The notes under the pieces: model-generated
Databases searched by the model: none
Told to the model about the DNA's origin: nothing
The model's input: only the letters and a program-made list of their open reading frames with translations
In this document: in pieces, positions 11,224-21,087 of the stretch
Layout: every line of letters begins with the position of its first letter
Position numbering within the stretch: the first letter of the stretch is position 1
Program-made: the position numbers and the translations under genes
Assembly (NCBI GenBank): GCA_043747615.1
Contig: JAYTOU010000030.1
Coordinates: 1-37,270, forward strand
Direction of reading: 5' to 3'
Source of the DNA: Myxococcales bacterium
GTDB lineage: Bacteria > Myxococcota_A > Polyangia > Polyangiales > Polyangiaceae
DNA: 37,270 nucleotides

Positions 11224-12458
11224 TTGGGGCCTTCGGGATGCTCGGTCGCGTTCTTCTGGAGCTGCTCGATGAGCTGCTTCATCTGCGCTTCGCTCATCTT
11301 GCCGCCGCCCGGACCGCCGAGGGCGCCACTTTGCTTCTGCGGGATCGCCGTCGGATCGATCGCCCGTAGGCGGTCGTCGGTAACGACCTCCAGGTACGGG
11401 AACGGGTGACCTTCGCCAGGCTTGGAGACGCGCTCGTGGAGGCTCTTCAGGAGGTCCTTCGCGCGGACCTTGTCGCCCTTGGCTTCGTACACGCGCGCTT
11501 GGTGATACATTCCGAGCTCTTTGAAGCCCTTCACGTCGCTGTTTTCGAGCTCTCGAAAGTACTTCAGAGCGTCGTCGAGATTTTTCGGGCCATCTGCGGG
11601 CGTTGCTTGAGCTTTTAGCTCGTACGCGAAGCCCAGCCCTTCGAGCGCGCGCCCCTTCACTTCCGCGTCTGCTTGGGCGAGGGGACTCGCCTTGGCATCG
11701 TTGAAGGCGGCAATGGCTCCGTCGGGCTCGTGCTTGTCGAGAAGGAGCGAGCCCTCGGAGAGACGCGCCAAGTAGGCCGCGCCGGTGCTCGGGAACCTGG
11801 TTTGCACCTCGCGGTACTGCTTGAGCGCGGCCTCGCGCAGGTCAGCGGCGGTCTTGAAGACCGGGCGCGGATCCTTCGGGCGGTCAGGATCGGTCTCCTT
11901 GTCGGGGTCACCGATCCTGCCTCGCTCGCTAGCGACGGCTTTGGCGAGCTCGACGGACGCGTCCGTCTCCTTCTTTTTTTCGAAGTAGGTCGTAACCGAA
12001 AAACCAAGGGCTACGAGCGCCGCGAGACCCGCCACGAGCGAGACGACGGTTCGGTTCTTCTTTGCCCACTTCGAGAACTGCTGCGTCTTTTCGAGGAGCG
12101 GATCGGCGTCGACGGCGGTGACCGGTGCGCGCTTCGGCGGAGCCTTTGCTCCGATCGTGGCGAGGCGTTTCGAGGCGGCGGCGTCGAGGCCCCCTTTTTT
12201 CCCCTTCTTCATCTTCGCGCGGCGCGCGGCGAGCTTCTCTTCTTCGCGGCGGGCAAGGACGTCGGCTTCGTCTTCTTCGCCGAGTGCCGCTACGCGCTTG
12301 GCGAGGGCCTGCGGGGAATTCGGGTCTTCCGGGTCCCCTGCCGCTTCCTTGGCCGCTTCCCCTGCCGCTTCCCCTGCCGCTTCCTTGGCCGCTTGGTCCA
12401 GCGCCTTGGGCTCTTCCGCAGCGTCGTTTTCGGCCAGGTCTTTCGATTCGTCAGACAT
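11220..12458 (-). CDS. YfgM-like membrane-anchored TPR protein
   Basis: Start ATG 12458 (MSDESK). Acidic then basic N-terminus, one TM (VSLVAGLAALVALGFSVTTYF), TPR-like helices. Confidence 0.75.
   Translation of the reverse strand: MSDESKDLAENDAAEEPKALDQAAKEAAGEAAGEAAKEAAGDPEDPNSPQALAKRVAALGEEDEADVLARREEEKLAARRAKMKKGKKGGLDAAASKRLATIGAKAPPKRAPVTAVDADPLLEKTQQFSKWAKKNRTVVSLVAGLAALVALGFSVTTYFEKKKETDASVELAKAVASERGRIGDPDKETDPDRPKDPRPVFKTAADLREAALKQYREVQTRFPSTGAAYLARLSEGSLLLDKHEPDGAIAAFNDAKASPLAQADAEVKGRALEGLGFAYELKAQATPADGPKNLDDALKYFRELENSDVKGFKELGMYHQARVYEAKGDKVRAKDLLKSLHERVSKPGEGHPFPYLEVVTDDRLRAIDPTAIPQKQSGALGGPGGGKMSEAQMKQLIEQLQKNATEHPEGPK
12337..12392. repeat. 12-bp coding tandem repeat (KEAA/GEAA units)
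   Basis: CCTGCCGCTTCC / TTGGCCGCTTCC units repeated about 4.5 times in the YfgM-like gene. Confidence 0.8.
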
Positions 12459-12468
12459 TAGCGCACTA

Positions 12469-15369
12469 TTATGGGCGCTCGGCAGCGCGGTCAACGTCCG
12501 AACTACCTCCGTCGGTCCACGGCATCGGCGCGGGGGGCGGGATCTCCCCCGTTCGAGCCACAATCCATAGCGCGAGTACGCCCGGCGACGCGTGGACCTC
12601 GACCGCGGTCCGGGTCCCGAGGGGCGGGAGCTCGATGACCGAAGCGCCATCTTTTGCCGGAGCTGGAGGGAGCGAGCGGCCGTCGATGGTTACCGCAAAC
12701 GTGGTGACCTCGGGGCTCCCAAGGAGGAGGAGCCGCGTGGTCCCCGTCGTCACCGCGAGCGACGTGCGGACGATGGGGACGGCCGTCTCACTCGACCAAC
12801 CCCCTGCTGTCGGCTCGAGAATTTTTGCTTCCCGGGCGATCGCGAGGACGGAGGCCATCGGCTCGGGAATGCCGGCGAAGCGCGTGAGCGGCGGCCGGAG
12901 CTCTCCACGCGCGCCAAGAAGAAGGAGGGCATGTGCCTCGTTGGTGCGGGTGGTGACGAAGCGCTCCTCGGTGAAGCGTGCGAGCAGCGGAGCCCGGGCC
13001 GACGCATCTCCAATCTGTCCGAGCGTGTCGGCGATGAACGGACGAAGCCTCACGTCGGCGAGCCCCGCGACGAGAGGACCGACCGCCGAGCGCTCGCGAA
13101 TTTTTCCGATGGCCGCGAGGAGCTCCTTGGCCTCGTCGAGCTCCAGCTTCGCAGCGTCCGCGCTGAACCATGGACCCAGCTCTCCCGCGCCCCGTGCGTC
13201 GCCGCGCTCCGCAAACGCGAGGGCGGCACGCCTTCTCCACACGTGCGCTGCATCGTGGACGAGGGACTCGGCGAGCAGAGAAACAGGCTCTCCCATCCGC
13301 ACCAGGGCGAGCGCGCAAAAGTTCTTCACCTCTGCGTCGTCTGCCTTGGCGAGAGCGCGGCGCGCGGCGGGAGCAGCTTCGAGTGCGTGCAGCGCGAACG
13401 TCACCTCGGCCGCCTTTTTCCGCACATTGAGGCTCGCGTCGTCGAGGAGCGCTGCGACGTCTTCTGCCACTTCGCGATCGCCCCACATCCCGCGCCGGAT
13501 TGCCTCTGGCCACGACGCCCCGGTCCCCCGCTCGAACCTCCCGTGCTGGCGAGTGATCTCCCCGAGCTCCGCGCGGAGGGCCTTCGCCTCGGCGGGCCGC
13601 TCACGCGATAGATCGCGCGTCTCCTTCGGATCAGATTTCGGTTCGTAGAGCCCGCATGCTCCCGCTCGGCGGGCGCAGACGAGGCGGAGCGTGCCGCGGG
13701 CGAGAAGCGTGTAGTCGTCCGTCTCGGCGAACGCGAGCCCGGGACCCCCCGTGTCCTTCGGGTCGGCCAAGATAGGCCCGAGATCGCGCCCGCGAAGCCG
13801 CGCCGGACGTGGAATTCCGAGAGCCGAGAGGGTCGTTGGGAGGAGATCGATCGTTTGTACCGGCTCCTCGACACGTCCCCGCGCGACCCCCGCTCCCACG
13901 ATGATCAAGGGAACCCGCACCTGCTCTTCGTAGACCGTGGTGCCGTGGTAGCGCCCGCCGTGCTCTCCAAACTCTTCACCGTGATCGGCGGTGATGATGA
14001 TGATCGCGTTCGGTCGGTGAGCGCGGACGCGATCGGCGATCCCCCCGATGCCCTCGTCGGCGTCGGCGACCTCGCTGTCGTACGCGTCGAGATCGGTCTC
14101 GCCGAAGACGTGCGCCGGATGCTGGACGTACGGCTCGTGCGGCTCGAACAGATGCACCCACAAAAAGAGCGGTTTGTCGGCGGGGGCATCGGTCAAATAT
14201 TTTTCGACCTGCGCCACCCGCTCGCTCGGCGTCGCAAACTCCACGCGGCGGTACTCGAAATCGAGCCCGCGATCGCGAAAGCCTTGAAAACGCTGCTCGT
14301 CGATGAAGAAGACCGCAGGCGGATAGAACGCGGCCGTGCGGTATCCGTAGCGCCGCAGCAAGCCGGCCCAGGTGTCCGAGTCGTCCCCCAAACCAAGCCC
14401 AAGGAGAGGACGCATGTACTTTCCACTCATCATCGACGTCACCGAATACGAGGTGTGCGGCGTCGGACAGTAGGCGGACAGAAACGTCTTTCCCTCGCGA
14501 GCGAGAGCATCGATGCGCGGGGTCGTCGCGCGCGGGTAACCGTAGGCTCCGAGGTGATCGGCGCGAAGGGCGTCGACGGAGAGGAGGATGATGTCTGTCC
14601 GCGACCAATCGAGGGCGCGGGCCACTTCGCCGGGCGCCGCCGCGCGGGACGAGCCGGTCGCTTCTGCGGGCTTTACCAAAACGGAGGCGAGCGCGACGCC
14701 TTTCCCGAGGAGCGGAGCATGCTCGACGAGGACCATCCGGAGATTGTCTGCATTCTGCAAGCGACGTGCGGCGAAGGGCGCCCAAGCGACGCACGCGCAC
14801 CCTAGGAAAATCATGCTCTCGGCGATCCAGCGGGGGCGAAGGGCCAGCGACGCGAACGCCGCAGAGCCGAGGGTGAGAGCGAAGAGCGCGGCGTGGAAAG
14901 CGGGATAGAGCCGGGGAAGAACGAACGCATCGCCTAGCCAGAAAAGAGCCGCCCCTGCCCCTCCGAGCGCTGCCAACATGAGCGGACGCTTCTCGGCCAA
15001 ACGCATCACGCGCGGCGTGAGAACAAACGCGAGCACGGCGGCCGCGAGGGCGACGACCGCCACGAACGGAGCGCGGACTTCCCATCTCGCGAAGTGACGG
15101 CCCATCGATATGCCGAAGCCGAGTGCACCCCCGGCGAGGCCCGCGAGCGCTGCTGCCGCTCCGGCCGTACGAAGGCGAGAGATCGCGTACGCGAGCAGTG
15201 CTAGGGGCCCGAGTGCGGCGTAGAGAATCGGCGTTACCAAGGTGCGCGCCCACGCCATCTCCCAGGTGCCCGCGAAGAGCGCGCGGTAGCCGACGCCAAC
15301 GGCCACGTGCTCGCCGGCGATGAGGAATAGCCACGCGGCGAGGATCGCGCCGATGCGTCGGAGGCTCAC
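12469..15369 (-). CDS. Membrane-anchored sulfatase/alkaline phosphatase superfamily protein with C-terminal HEAT-like repeats
   Basis: Multi-TM N-terminus, SVDALRADH, LWVHLFEPHEPY, TADHGEEFGEHG, DLLPT, then helical repeats. Confidence 0.85.
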   Translation of the reverse strand: MSLRRIGAILAAWLFLIAGEHVAVGVGYRALFAGTWEMAWARTLVTPILYAALGPLALLAYAISRLRTAGAAAALAGLAGGALGFGISMGRHFARWEVRAPFVAVVALAAAVLAFVLTPRVMRLAEKRPLMLAALGGAGAALFWLGDAFVLPRLYPAFHAALFALTLGSAAFASLALRPRWIAESMIFLGCACVAWAPFAARRLQNADNLRMVLVEHAPLLGKGVALASVLVKPAEATGSSRAAAPGEVARALDWSRTDIILLSVDALRADHLGAYGYPRATTPRIDALAREGKTFLSAYCPTPHTSYSVTSMMSGKYMRPLLGLGLGDDSDTWAGLLRRYGYRTAAFYPPAVFFIDEQRFQGFRDRGLDFEYRRVEFATPSERVAQVEKYLTDAPADKPLFLWVHLFEPHEPYVQHPAHVFGETDLDAYDSEVADADEGIGGIADRVRAHRPNAIIIITADHGEEFGEHGGRYHGTTVYEEQVRVPLIIVGAGVARGRVEEPVQTIDLLPTTLSALGIPRPARLRGRDLGPILADPKDTGGPGLAFAETDDYTLLARGTLRLVCARRAGACGLYEPKSDPKETRDLSRERPAEAKALRAELGEITRQHGRFERGTGASWPEAIRRGMWGDREVAEDVAALLDDASLNVRKKAAEVTFALHALEAAPAARRALAKADDAEVKNFCALALVRMGEPVSLLAESLVHDAAHVWRRRAALAFAERGDARGAGELGPWFSADAAKLELDEAKELLAAIGKIRERSAVGPLVAGLADVRLRPFIADTLGQIGDASARAPLLARFTEERFVTTRTNEAHALLLLGARGELRPPLTRFAGIPEPMASVLAIAREAKILEPTAGGWSSETAVPIVRTSLAVTTGTTRLLLLGSPEVTTFAVTIDGRSLPPAPAKDGASVIELPPLGTRTAVEVHASPGVLALWIVARTGEIPPPAPMPWTDGGSSDVDRAAERP

Positions 15370-15479
15370 CTACCCGTCCTAGCGCGAACCCGACGCGCGG
15401 CCCAGCGGCGCCAGATCCGCCTCAGCGACAGACGTTGGCGGCGCTCGGCCGGTAACTTGGCCAGGCGTTCGCTCTTTTG

Positions 15480-17846
15480 CTACCCCGCCTCCTCGCGGAC
15501 GGCGATCGCGAGGGTGAGCTTGCGAAGCATGAGGGAGAGAGCCCGGTGGGTTTCCTTCGCGAGGAGTGGGTCCGTGCGAAAGATGCGCTTTGCATCCTTC
15601 TCGATCCGCTCGAGAAAAGCAGGAGGATCCGCGGGGTCGAGGTAGAGCAGCTCCTCTTCCACACCGGACTGGCGGGTCCCGCGCAGGTCGCCAGCTCCGC
15701 GCAGATCGAGGTCTGCCCGGGCCACATCGGCGCCAGAGGAAAGCGTGCAGAGTGCATTCAATCGCCGCTTGGCGAGATCGCTCGCGTCGTCCTCGGAGAG
15801 GAGCAGGCACCGCCCAGGCCTGTCCCCGCGCCCCACGCGGCCGCGCATCTGATGGAGCTGAGCGAGGCCGAACCGGTCCGCGCCGTCGATGACCATCCGC
15901 GTGGCCTCCGGAACGTCCACGCCCACCTCGACGACCGTGGTGCCCACCAGGACCTGCGCTTCGCCGCTCCGGAAGGCGCGCATCGCCGCGGATTTCGAGG
16001 CGTGCGGGAGGCCTCCGTGAATGAGCGCCACCTTGAAGGGCGCGAGCTCGCGAGTGAGCTCCTCGGCGCGTGCCACCACGGCGAGCGACGGATCAGTCTC
16101 GTCGTCCTCGGTGTCGATCTCGATCCGCGGCGAAATGAAGAACGCGCGCTCTCCCCGCTCGCAGGCGGCGCGGAGCTCTGCGATCACCAGATCCATCCGG
16201 TCGCGGGAGACGATGGCGGTCTCCACTGCGGTTCTTCCCGCCGGTCGTTCGTCGAGCACGGACGTGGCGAGCTCACCGCGGAGGGCGAGAGCGAGCGTGC
16301 GCGGAATCGGCGTGGCGCTCAGGGTGAGCAGGTGCGGACGTGCCCCTTTCGCGACGAGGGCGAGGCGCTGGGCCACACCGAGACGGTGCTGCTCGTCGAC
16401 CACCACCAAGGCCAGTTTTTTGAAGCGCAGCTCCTCGCGAAGAAGAGCGTGCGTCCCCACCGCGATGGCGATCTGTCCGCCCTCGATCTGTTCCTTCGTC
16501 CTGCGCCGCTCGGCAGCGCCCTGCCCGGCGGTCACGACCACGATCGACGCCCCCGTAGCGCGTGCGAGCGGCGCAACGGCGTCCATGTACTGCTCGGCGA
16601 GAACGCTGGTCGGCGCGAGGATCGCGACCTGAGCGCCCGCCGCGACGCACTGAGCAGCGGCTGCGAGAGCCACGACCGTCTTCCCCGTTCCCACGTCGCC
16701 GAGAAGGAGGCGGCGCATCGGAACAGGGCGCGCGAGCTCCTTCGCGATCGTCGCGATCGTGCGCTCTTGCGAGGCAGTGAGGCGGAAGCCGAGCTCGGCG
16801 CGCAGGCGGGCAAGCACTGCACGATCCATCGGCAACACAAGGGCTTTCGCTCCATCGCCGGCCTCGATGCCCAGGCGCTCCCACACCCGAGTGAAGGCCT
16901 CACCCCACGCAAGACGCTCTCGGAGCGCGCGGCGTGACGCGTCAGAGGGACGCTCGGCAAGCTTCCCTGCCGCTCCGTGCACTTCGCGAAAGAGCTCCGC
17001 GAGCGGCGGCATCTTCTCGCGCGTGGCGATCGCTACGGGCACGGGATCGGGCAACGTGGGAGTTCGGGTGAGAGCGCTCGCCACGGCCTTGCGCACCGTG
17101 GCCTCCCCTACCCCGAGGCGCGGGTAGCGCGCGCGCACCACCCGATTTTCGGGTGAGTCGAGGACGAGATCGGGGTGGATCATGCGCGCAGGTTTCCCCT
17201 TCTCGACGCGCAGTCGACCGACGACGATGCATCGCAGATCGACCTTCGCAGAGGCGAGCACGCCGTGCGCCGCGAAGAACCACCACAGATGAACGGTGGG
17301 CTTCCCGTCGGGGTCTTTCAGCACCACCCGCACCGAGTGCCGACCGCGCATGGGGACTAATGTTGCAGACTGCACGCATCCCGCGATGCACACCCGCGGC
17401 GAGTCCTCCGCGCTCGCCCTCACGATTGCTTGGGCGATGCTGAGCGGCGTCCGCAGGTCTTCGAACGCCGTCGGCAGCGTCCAGAGAAGATCGCTCACGC
17501 AGCGCACGCCCTCGACCTCGAGCGCCTCGCGCGACGCCTTTCCGATCCCGGAAATGCGATCGAGAGGGTCTTCCCAGGCGAGAGGCTCCTGTTCGAGACG
17601 CGCTTTTCTCTCGCTGGTTGCGAAGAGACGACAGGCGCGCACGAGGCCCTCTACACGCTCTTTTCGCCGCGGGTCCGACTCCTTGGCGAAACCCGCGAGG
17701 AGCTTCTCCCAGTCGGCACGGCGGGCCTCAGGCACCGCGGCCGTAACTTCGCTAGCCGCCTTCCGCAGCACGATGAACCGGTCCGCCTCGGGGCTCTTCA
17801 GCCACGCGCGCGCATCCTCGGCGACCCGAGCGAAGGACGCCATCAC
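15480..17846 (-). CDS. recG: ATP-dependent DNA helicase RecG
   Basis: RLLLGDVGTGKT, DEQHRLGVAQR, SATPIPRTL, TTVVEVGVDVPEA, GLAQLHQMRGRVGRG. Confidence 0.96.
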   Translation of the reverse strand: MMASFARVAEDARAWLKSPEADRFIVLRKAASEVTAAVPEARRADWEKLLAGFAKESDPRRKERVEGLVRACRLFATSERKARLEQEPLAWEDPLDRISGIGKASREALEVEGVRCVSDLLWTLPTAFEDLRTPLSIAQAIVRASAEDSPRVCIAGCVQSATLVPMRGRHSVRVVLKDPDGKPTVHLWWFFAAHGVLASAKVDLRCIVVGRLRVEKGKPARMIHPDLVLDSPENRVVRARYPRLGVGEATVRKAVASALTRTPTLPDPVPVAIATREKMPPLAELFREVHGAAGKLAERPSDASRRALRERLAWGEAFTRVWERLGIEAGDGAKALVLPMDRAVLARLRAELGFRLTASQERTIATIAKELARPVPMRRLLLGDVGTGKTVVALAAAAQCVAAGAQVAILAPTSVLAEQYMDAVAPLARATGASIVVVTAGQGAAERRRTKEQIEGGQIAIAVGTHALLREELRFKKLALVVVDEQHRLGVAQRLALVAKGARPHLLTLSATPIPRTLALALRGELATSVLDERPAGRTAVETAIVSRDRMDLVIAELRAACERGERAFFISPRIEIDTEDDETDPSLAVVARAEELTRELAPFKVALIHGGLPHASKSAAMRAFRSGEAQVLVGTTVVEVGVDVPEATRMVIDGADRFGLAQLHQMRGRVGRGDRPGRCLLLSEDDASDLAKRRLNALCTLSSGADVARADLDLRGAGDLRGTRQSGVEEELLYLDPADPPAFLERIEKDAKRIFRTDPLLAKETHRALSLMLRKLTLAIAVREEAG

Positions 17847-17853
17847 CGCACCC

Positions 17854-18327
17854 TTACTTGAAAATCACCTCGAGGATCTCGTACGTGCGCTCGCCGCCGG
17901 GCATTCGTACTTTCACCTCGTCGCCTACCTCTTTGCCGAGCAGTCCACGGGCGAGCGGGCTGGTGACGCTGATCGAGCCCTCCGCCAGGTTGGCCTCGTC
18001 GGCCCCCAAGATGCGGTAGGTCACCTCTTCTTGGCTGGCTTCGTTCGTGAGCTTGACCGTCGCACCAAAGGCGACGCGTTCGCCGGAGAGCTTCGTCGGA
18101 TCGATGACCTCGGCGAGCGCGAGCTTGTTCACGAGGTCTTTTACGCGCCCTTCGATGAACGACTGCTTGTCGCGTGCGGCGTGGTACTCGGCATTCTCCT
18201 TGAGATCGCCGTGCTCGCGGGCCGTGGCGATCATTTGGATCACCTTCGGACGCTCGACGCTTCTCAGGTTCTGGAGCTCATCGCGGAGCTTTGCATAGCC
18301 GTCGGGTGTGATGGGGTTTTTGACCAC
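17854..18327 (-). CDS. greA: Transcription elongation factor GreA
   Basis: [36 protein letters not shown]. Confidence 0.98.
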   Translation of the reverse strand: MVKNPITPDGYAKLRDELQNLRSVERPKVIQMIATAREHGDLKENAEYHAARDKQSFIEGRVKDLVNKLALAEVIDPTKLSGERVAFGATVKLTNEASQEEVTYRILGADEANLAEGSISVTSPLARGLLGKEVGDEVKVRMPGGERTYEILEVIFK

Positions 18328-18365
18328 GGGTGGCGCACACTACTCCGCCTGATAGAGGTTGGGGA

Positions 18366-18650
18366 GTGCCGATCATTGGAGATCATCCGGAAGTAGGAAT
18401 TCGCTTCGTCCTCGACCGAGGCCCCGCCGGCCCGCCCTACCTCTACGAAGGGGCGGCTTTTACGCCGGATCAGCGCTTTAGCCTCACGATCGTGGTGGAC
18501 ACGGACGGGATCGTGAAGGTCGACGGGGACGCGCCGCAGGACGTGCGCGAGAAGGCCCGCTTGATGGTGCGCACGATGGTGAGGCACTCGCAAGACGAAG
18601 AGGGCGCGCCGCCTCGCCGAATCATGCGGTGGCGTGCGTCGCAAACCTAG
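18366..18650 (+). CDS. Hypothetical small protein
   Basis: ORF with host-like codon usage filling the gap between greA and bamD. Probable start GTG 18366 (MPIIGDHPEVGIRF). Confidence 0.6.
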   Translation: MPIIGDHPEVGIRFVLDRGPAGPPYLYEGAAFTPDQRFSLTIVVDTDGIVKVDGDAPQDVREKARLMVRTMVRHSQDEEGAPPRRIMRWRASQT

Positions 18651-18688
18651 CCGACGTTCGTCGACTTCATGGTAAACAGCCTCCCGTC

Positions 18689-19576
18689 ATGCGGCAGGCA
18701 CTTTCGGCAGTTCTCTTGGCGGCGACGCTCGCGTTCTCGAGCGCATGCGGCGGTATCGAGGCCAAAGCTCCTCTCAGTTACACCGCCGACGCCAAGCGCT
18801 CCTACGACGCGGCGATGGAAGAGTTCAACGCGCACAACTGGCTCGAGGCCCAGCAGGCGATGCGCGAGGTGAAGCGCAAGTACGGCTACTCCCGGTACGC
18901 GCGTCTTGCCGAGCTTCGGATCGCCGACGCCGACTACGAGCAGGAAAAATTCGCCGAAGCCGTCCGCGAGTACAAAGCCTTCGTCCACGATCACCGCTCC
19001 GATCAGGGAGAGGTCGCGTACGCGCGGTCGCGGATCGCCGAAGCTCAGTACAAACAGATCACCGACTCCATCCTTCTGCCCGCGCAAGAAGAGCGGGATC
19101 AGGCAGCGACGATCGACGCGTACAAGGAGCTCCGCAGCTTCCTTCACGATTATCCGGAGGCGAAGGAGAGCGTGCACGTCTGCATTCTCCTCGAGGACGT
19201 TACCGTGAAGCTCGTTCGCCACGAGCTCTACGTCGCTCGCTTTTACGGGGCGCACGACAACTTCGACGCCACCGTCGGCCGCGTCCAGTTTGCCCTCCGC
19301 AACTATACGAGCGAGCCCTGCCCCGCTTCTCCCGCCAAGACGGCAGCGGCCCTCGAAGGCGTGAAGCTCGCGCCTGAAACGGAGACGGAAACCTCGCACA
19401 TCGAGTTTGGTATGGCGCCCGATGCGCTCCTCCTGCTCGGCGAGAGCTACCTGAAGATGCACCGCTGGCGGGATGCACGAGCCGCTTTCGTAGCTGTTTT
19501 GCAGCGCTTCCCTCAGAGCGCCCTCATCGTGCAGGCGCGCGGCTACCTCGACTTCATGCAGATCCAAGGGGTCTGA
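18689..19576 (+). CDS. bamD: Outer membrane protein assembly lipoprotein BamD
   Basis: Lipoprotein signal (SSAC), YSRYARLAELRIAD, ERDQ, YPEAK, RHELYVARFY TPR motifs. Start ATG 18689. Confidence 0.88.
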   Translation: MRQALSAVLLAATLAFSSACGGIEAKAPLSYTADAKRSYDAAMEEFNAHNWLEAQQAMREVKRKYGYSRYARLAELRIADADYEQEKFAEAVREYKAFVHDHRSDQGEVAYARSRIAEAQYKQITDSILLPAQEERDQAATIDAYKELRSFLHDYPEAKESVHVCILLEDVTVKLVRHELYVARFYGAHDNFDATVGRVQFALRNYTSEPCPASPAKTAAALEGVKLAPETETETSHIEFGMAPDALLLLGESYLKMHRWRDARAAFVAVLQRFPQSALIVQARGYLDFMQIQGV

Positions 19577-19584
19577 CTCTTCAG

Positions 19585-21084
19585 ATGGCGACGGCTCCCG
19601 TGCTCACGCCTACCCCCGTTGCCTCGGGCGCTCCGGCCGCAAAGACGGTGCTGGTCGTCGATGACGAGAAGAACATTCGTCGCGCACTGCAGCTCGTTCT
19701 CGAAGGCGAGGGCTACCAGGTGATCGGTGCAGAGACGGCGGGTCAAGGGCTCGCCGTGCTGCAGAGCCCGAACACTCCGGTCGATCTGGCTATCTTCGAC
19801 GTCAAGCTTCCAGACATGAGCGGCCTCGACGCGCTCGAGCGGGTCCGAAAAGACGAGGCTACGCGCGAGCTACCGATCATCGTCATCAGCGGACACGCGA
19901 CCGTGAACGACGCCGTGCAGGCCATCAAGCTCGGCGCGAGCGACTTCTTCGAGAAGCCTCTGAACCGCGAGCGCGTGCTGGTCAGCGTGAAGAACGTGCT
20001 CGAGGCGGCGCAAAACAGGCGCGCGCTCGCCGAGGCCTCGGAGCTACAGCTCCAGAAGTACGAGATGATCGGGCGAAGCGCGCCGATGCATCGCCTCTTC
20101 GTCGAGATCGAAAAAGTCGCGCCCACCAAGGCGGGCGTACTCATCACTGGAGAGAGCGGCACCGGAAAAGAACTCATCTCGCGCGCCATCCACCGCCTCT
20201 CGCCGCGCACCGACGGTCCCTTCGTGAAGGTGAACTGCGCGGCCATTCCGCGAGAGCTGATTGAAAGCGAGCTCTTCGGGCACGAGCGCGGAGCCTTCAC
20301 GGGGGCACAGGCGAGGAAGCGCGGGTTCTTCGAACAAGCCCACGGCGGCACTCTTTTTCTCGATGAAATTGGGGACATGGATCTGATCGCGCAGGCCAAG
20401 GTGCTGCGTGCGCTGCAGTCGGGCGAAGTCTCGCGCGTCGGAAGTGAGCACGTCATGCACGTCGACGTGCGTATCCTCGCGGCGACGAACAAGGATCTTT
20501 CGAAGGGCGTGGAGCGCCAGGTGTTCCGGGAGGATCTCTTCTTCCGCTTGAACGTTTTTCCCATTCGCAGCCCCGCCCTCCGCGAGCGCGTGGAGGACAT
20601 CCCGATGCTCGCCGAGTCCTTCATGGCCGCGTTCTCACGCGAAAATGGAACGAAGATCAAACCGATCGAGCGCGAGGTGATTGCCGCGCTCGTGGCCCGC
20701 AAATGGCCTGGGAACGTGCGCGAGCTGAAGAACGTCGTCGAGCGCATGGCCATTCTTTCCGGCGAGCGGGTGACGATTGCCGACCTTCCGGAGGACCCGC
20801 ACGAGTCCCCCTTCGGCGAAGAAGACGCGGCCGCCGACGGCTCGACCGAGCCCATCGAAGGAGAGGACGACGCACCCGACGAGGGCGCGCGGGTGACGCC
20901 TCCCGTGCCCGGCACGTACATGACGCTCCGCGATTTTCGGGAGCACGCCGAGCGAAAGTACATCGTGGACACGCTGAAGATGACCGGCTGGAACATCTCG
21001 CGCACGGCGATCGTCCTCGGCGTCGAGCGAACGAACCTCCACAAGAAGATCCGCGCTTACACCATCAAGCGCGGCGAGAGCTGA
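19585..21084 (+). CDS. NtrC/NtrX-family sigma-54-dependent response regulator
   Basis: REC domain (VVDDE, FDVKLP), AAA+ GESGTGKE, ESELFGHERGAFTGA, WPGNVREL, Fis-type HTH. No adjacent histidine kinase. Confidence 0.95.
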   Translation: MATAPVLTPTPVASGAPAAKTVLVVDDEKNIRRALQLVLEGEGYQVIGAETAGQGLAVLQSPNTPVDLAIFDVKLPDMSGLDALERVRKDEATRELPIIVISGHATVNDAVQAIKLGASDFFEKPLNRERVLVSVKNVLEAAQNRRALAEASELQLQKYEMIGRSAPMHRLFVEIEKVAPTKAGVLITGESGTGKELISRAIHRLSPRTDGPFVKVNCAAIPRELIESELFGHERGAFTGAQARKRGFFEQAHGGTLFLDEIGDMDLIAQAKVLRALQSGEVSRVGSEHVMHVDVRILAATNKDLSKGVERQVFREDLFFRLNVFPIRSPALRERVEDIPMLAESFMAAFSRENGTKIKPIEREVIAALVARKWPGNVRELKNVVERMAILSGERVTIADLPEDPHESPFGEEDAAADGSTEPIEGEDDAPDEGARVTPPVPGTYMTLRDFREHAERKYIVDTLKMTGWNISRTAIVLGVERTNLHKKIRAYTIKRGES

Positions 21085-21087
21085 GAG

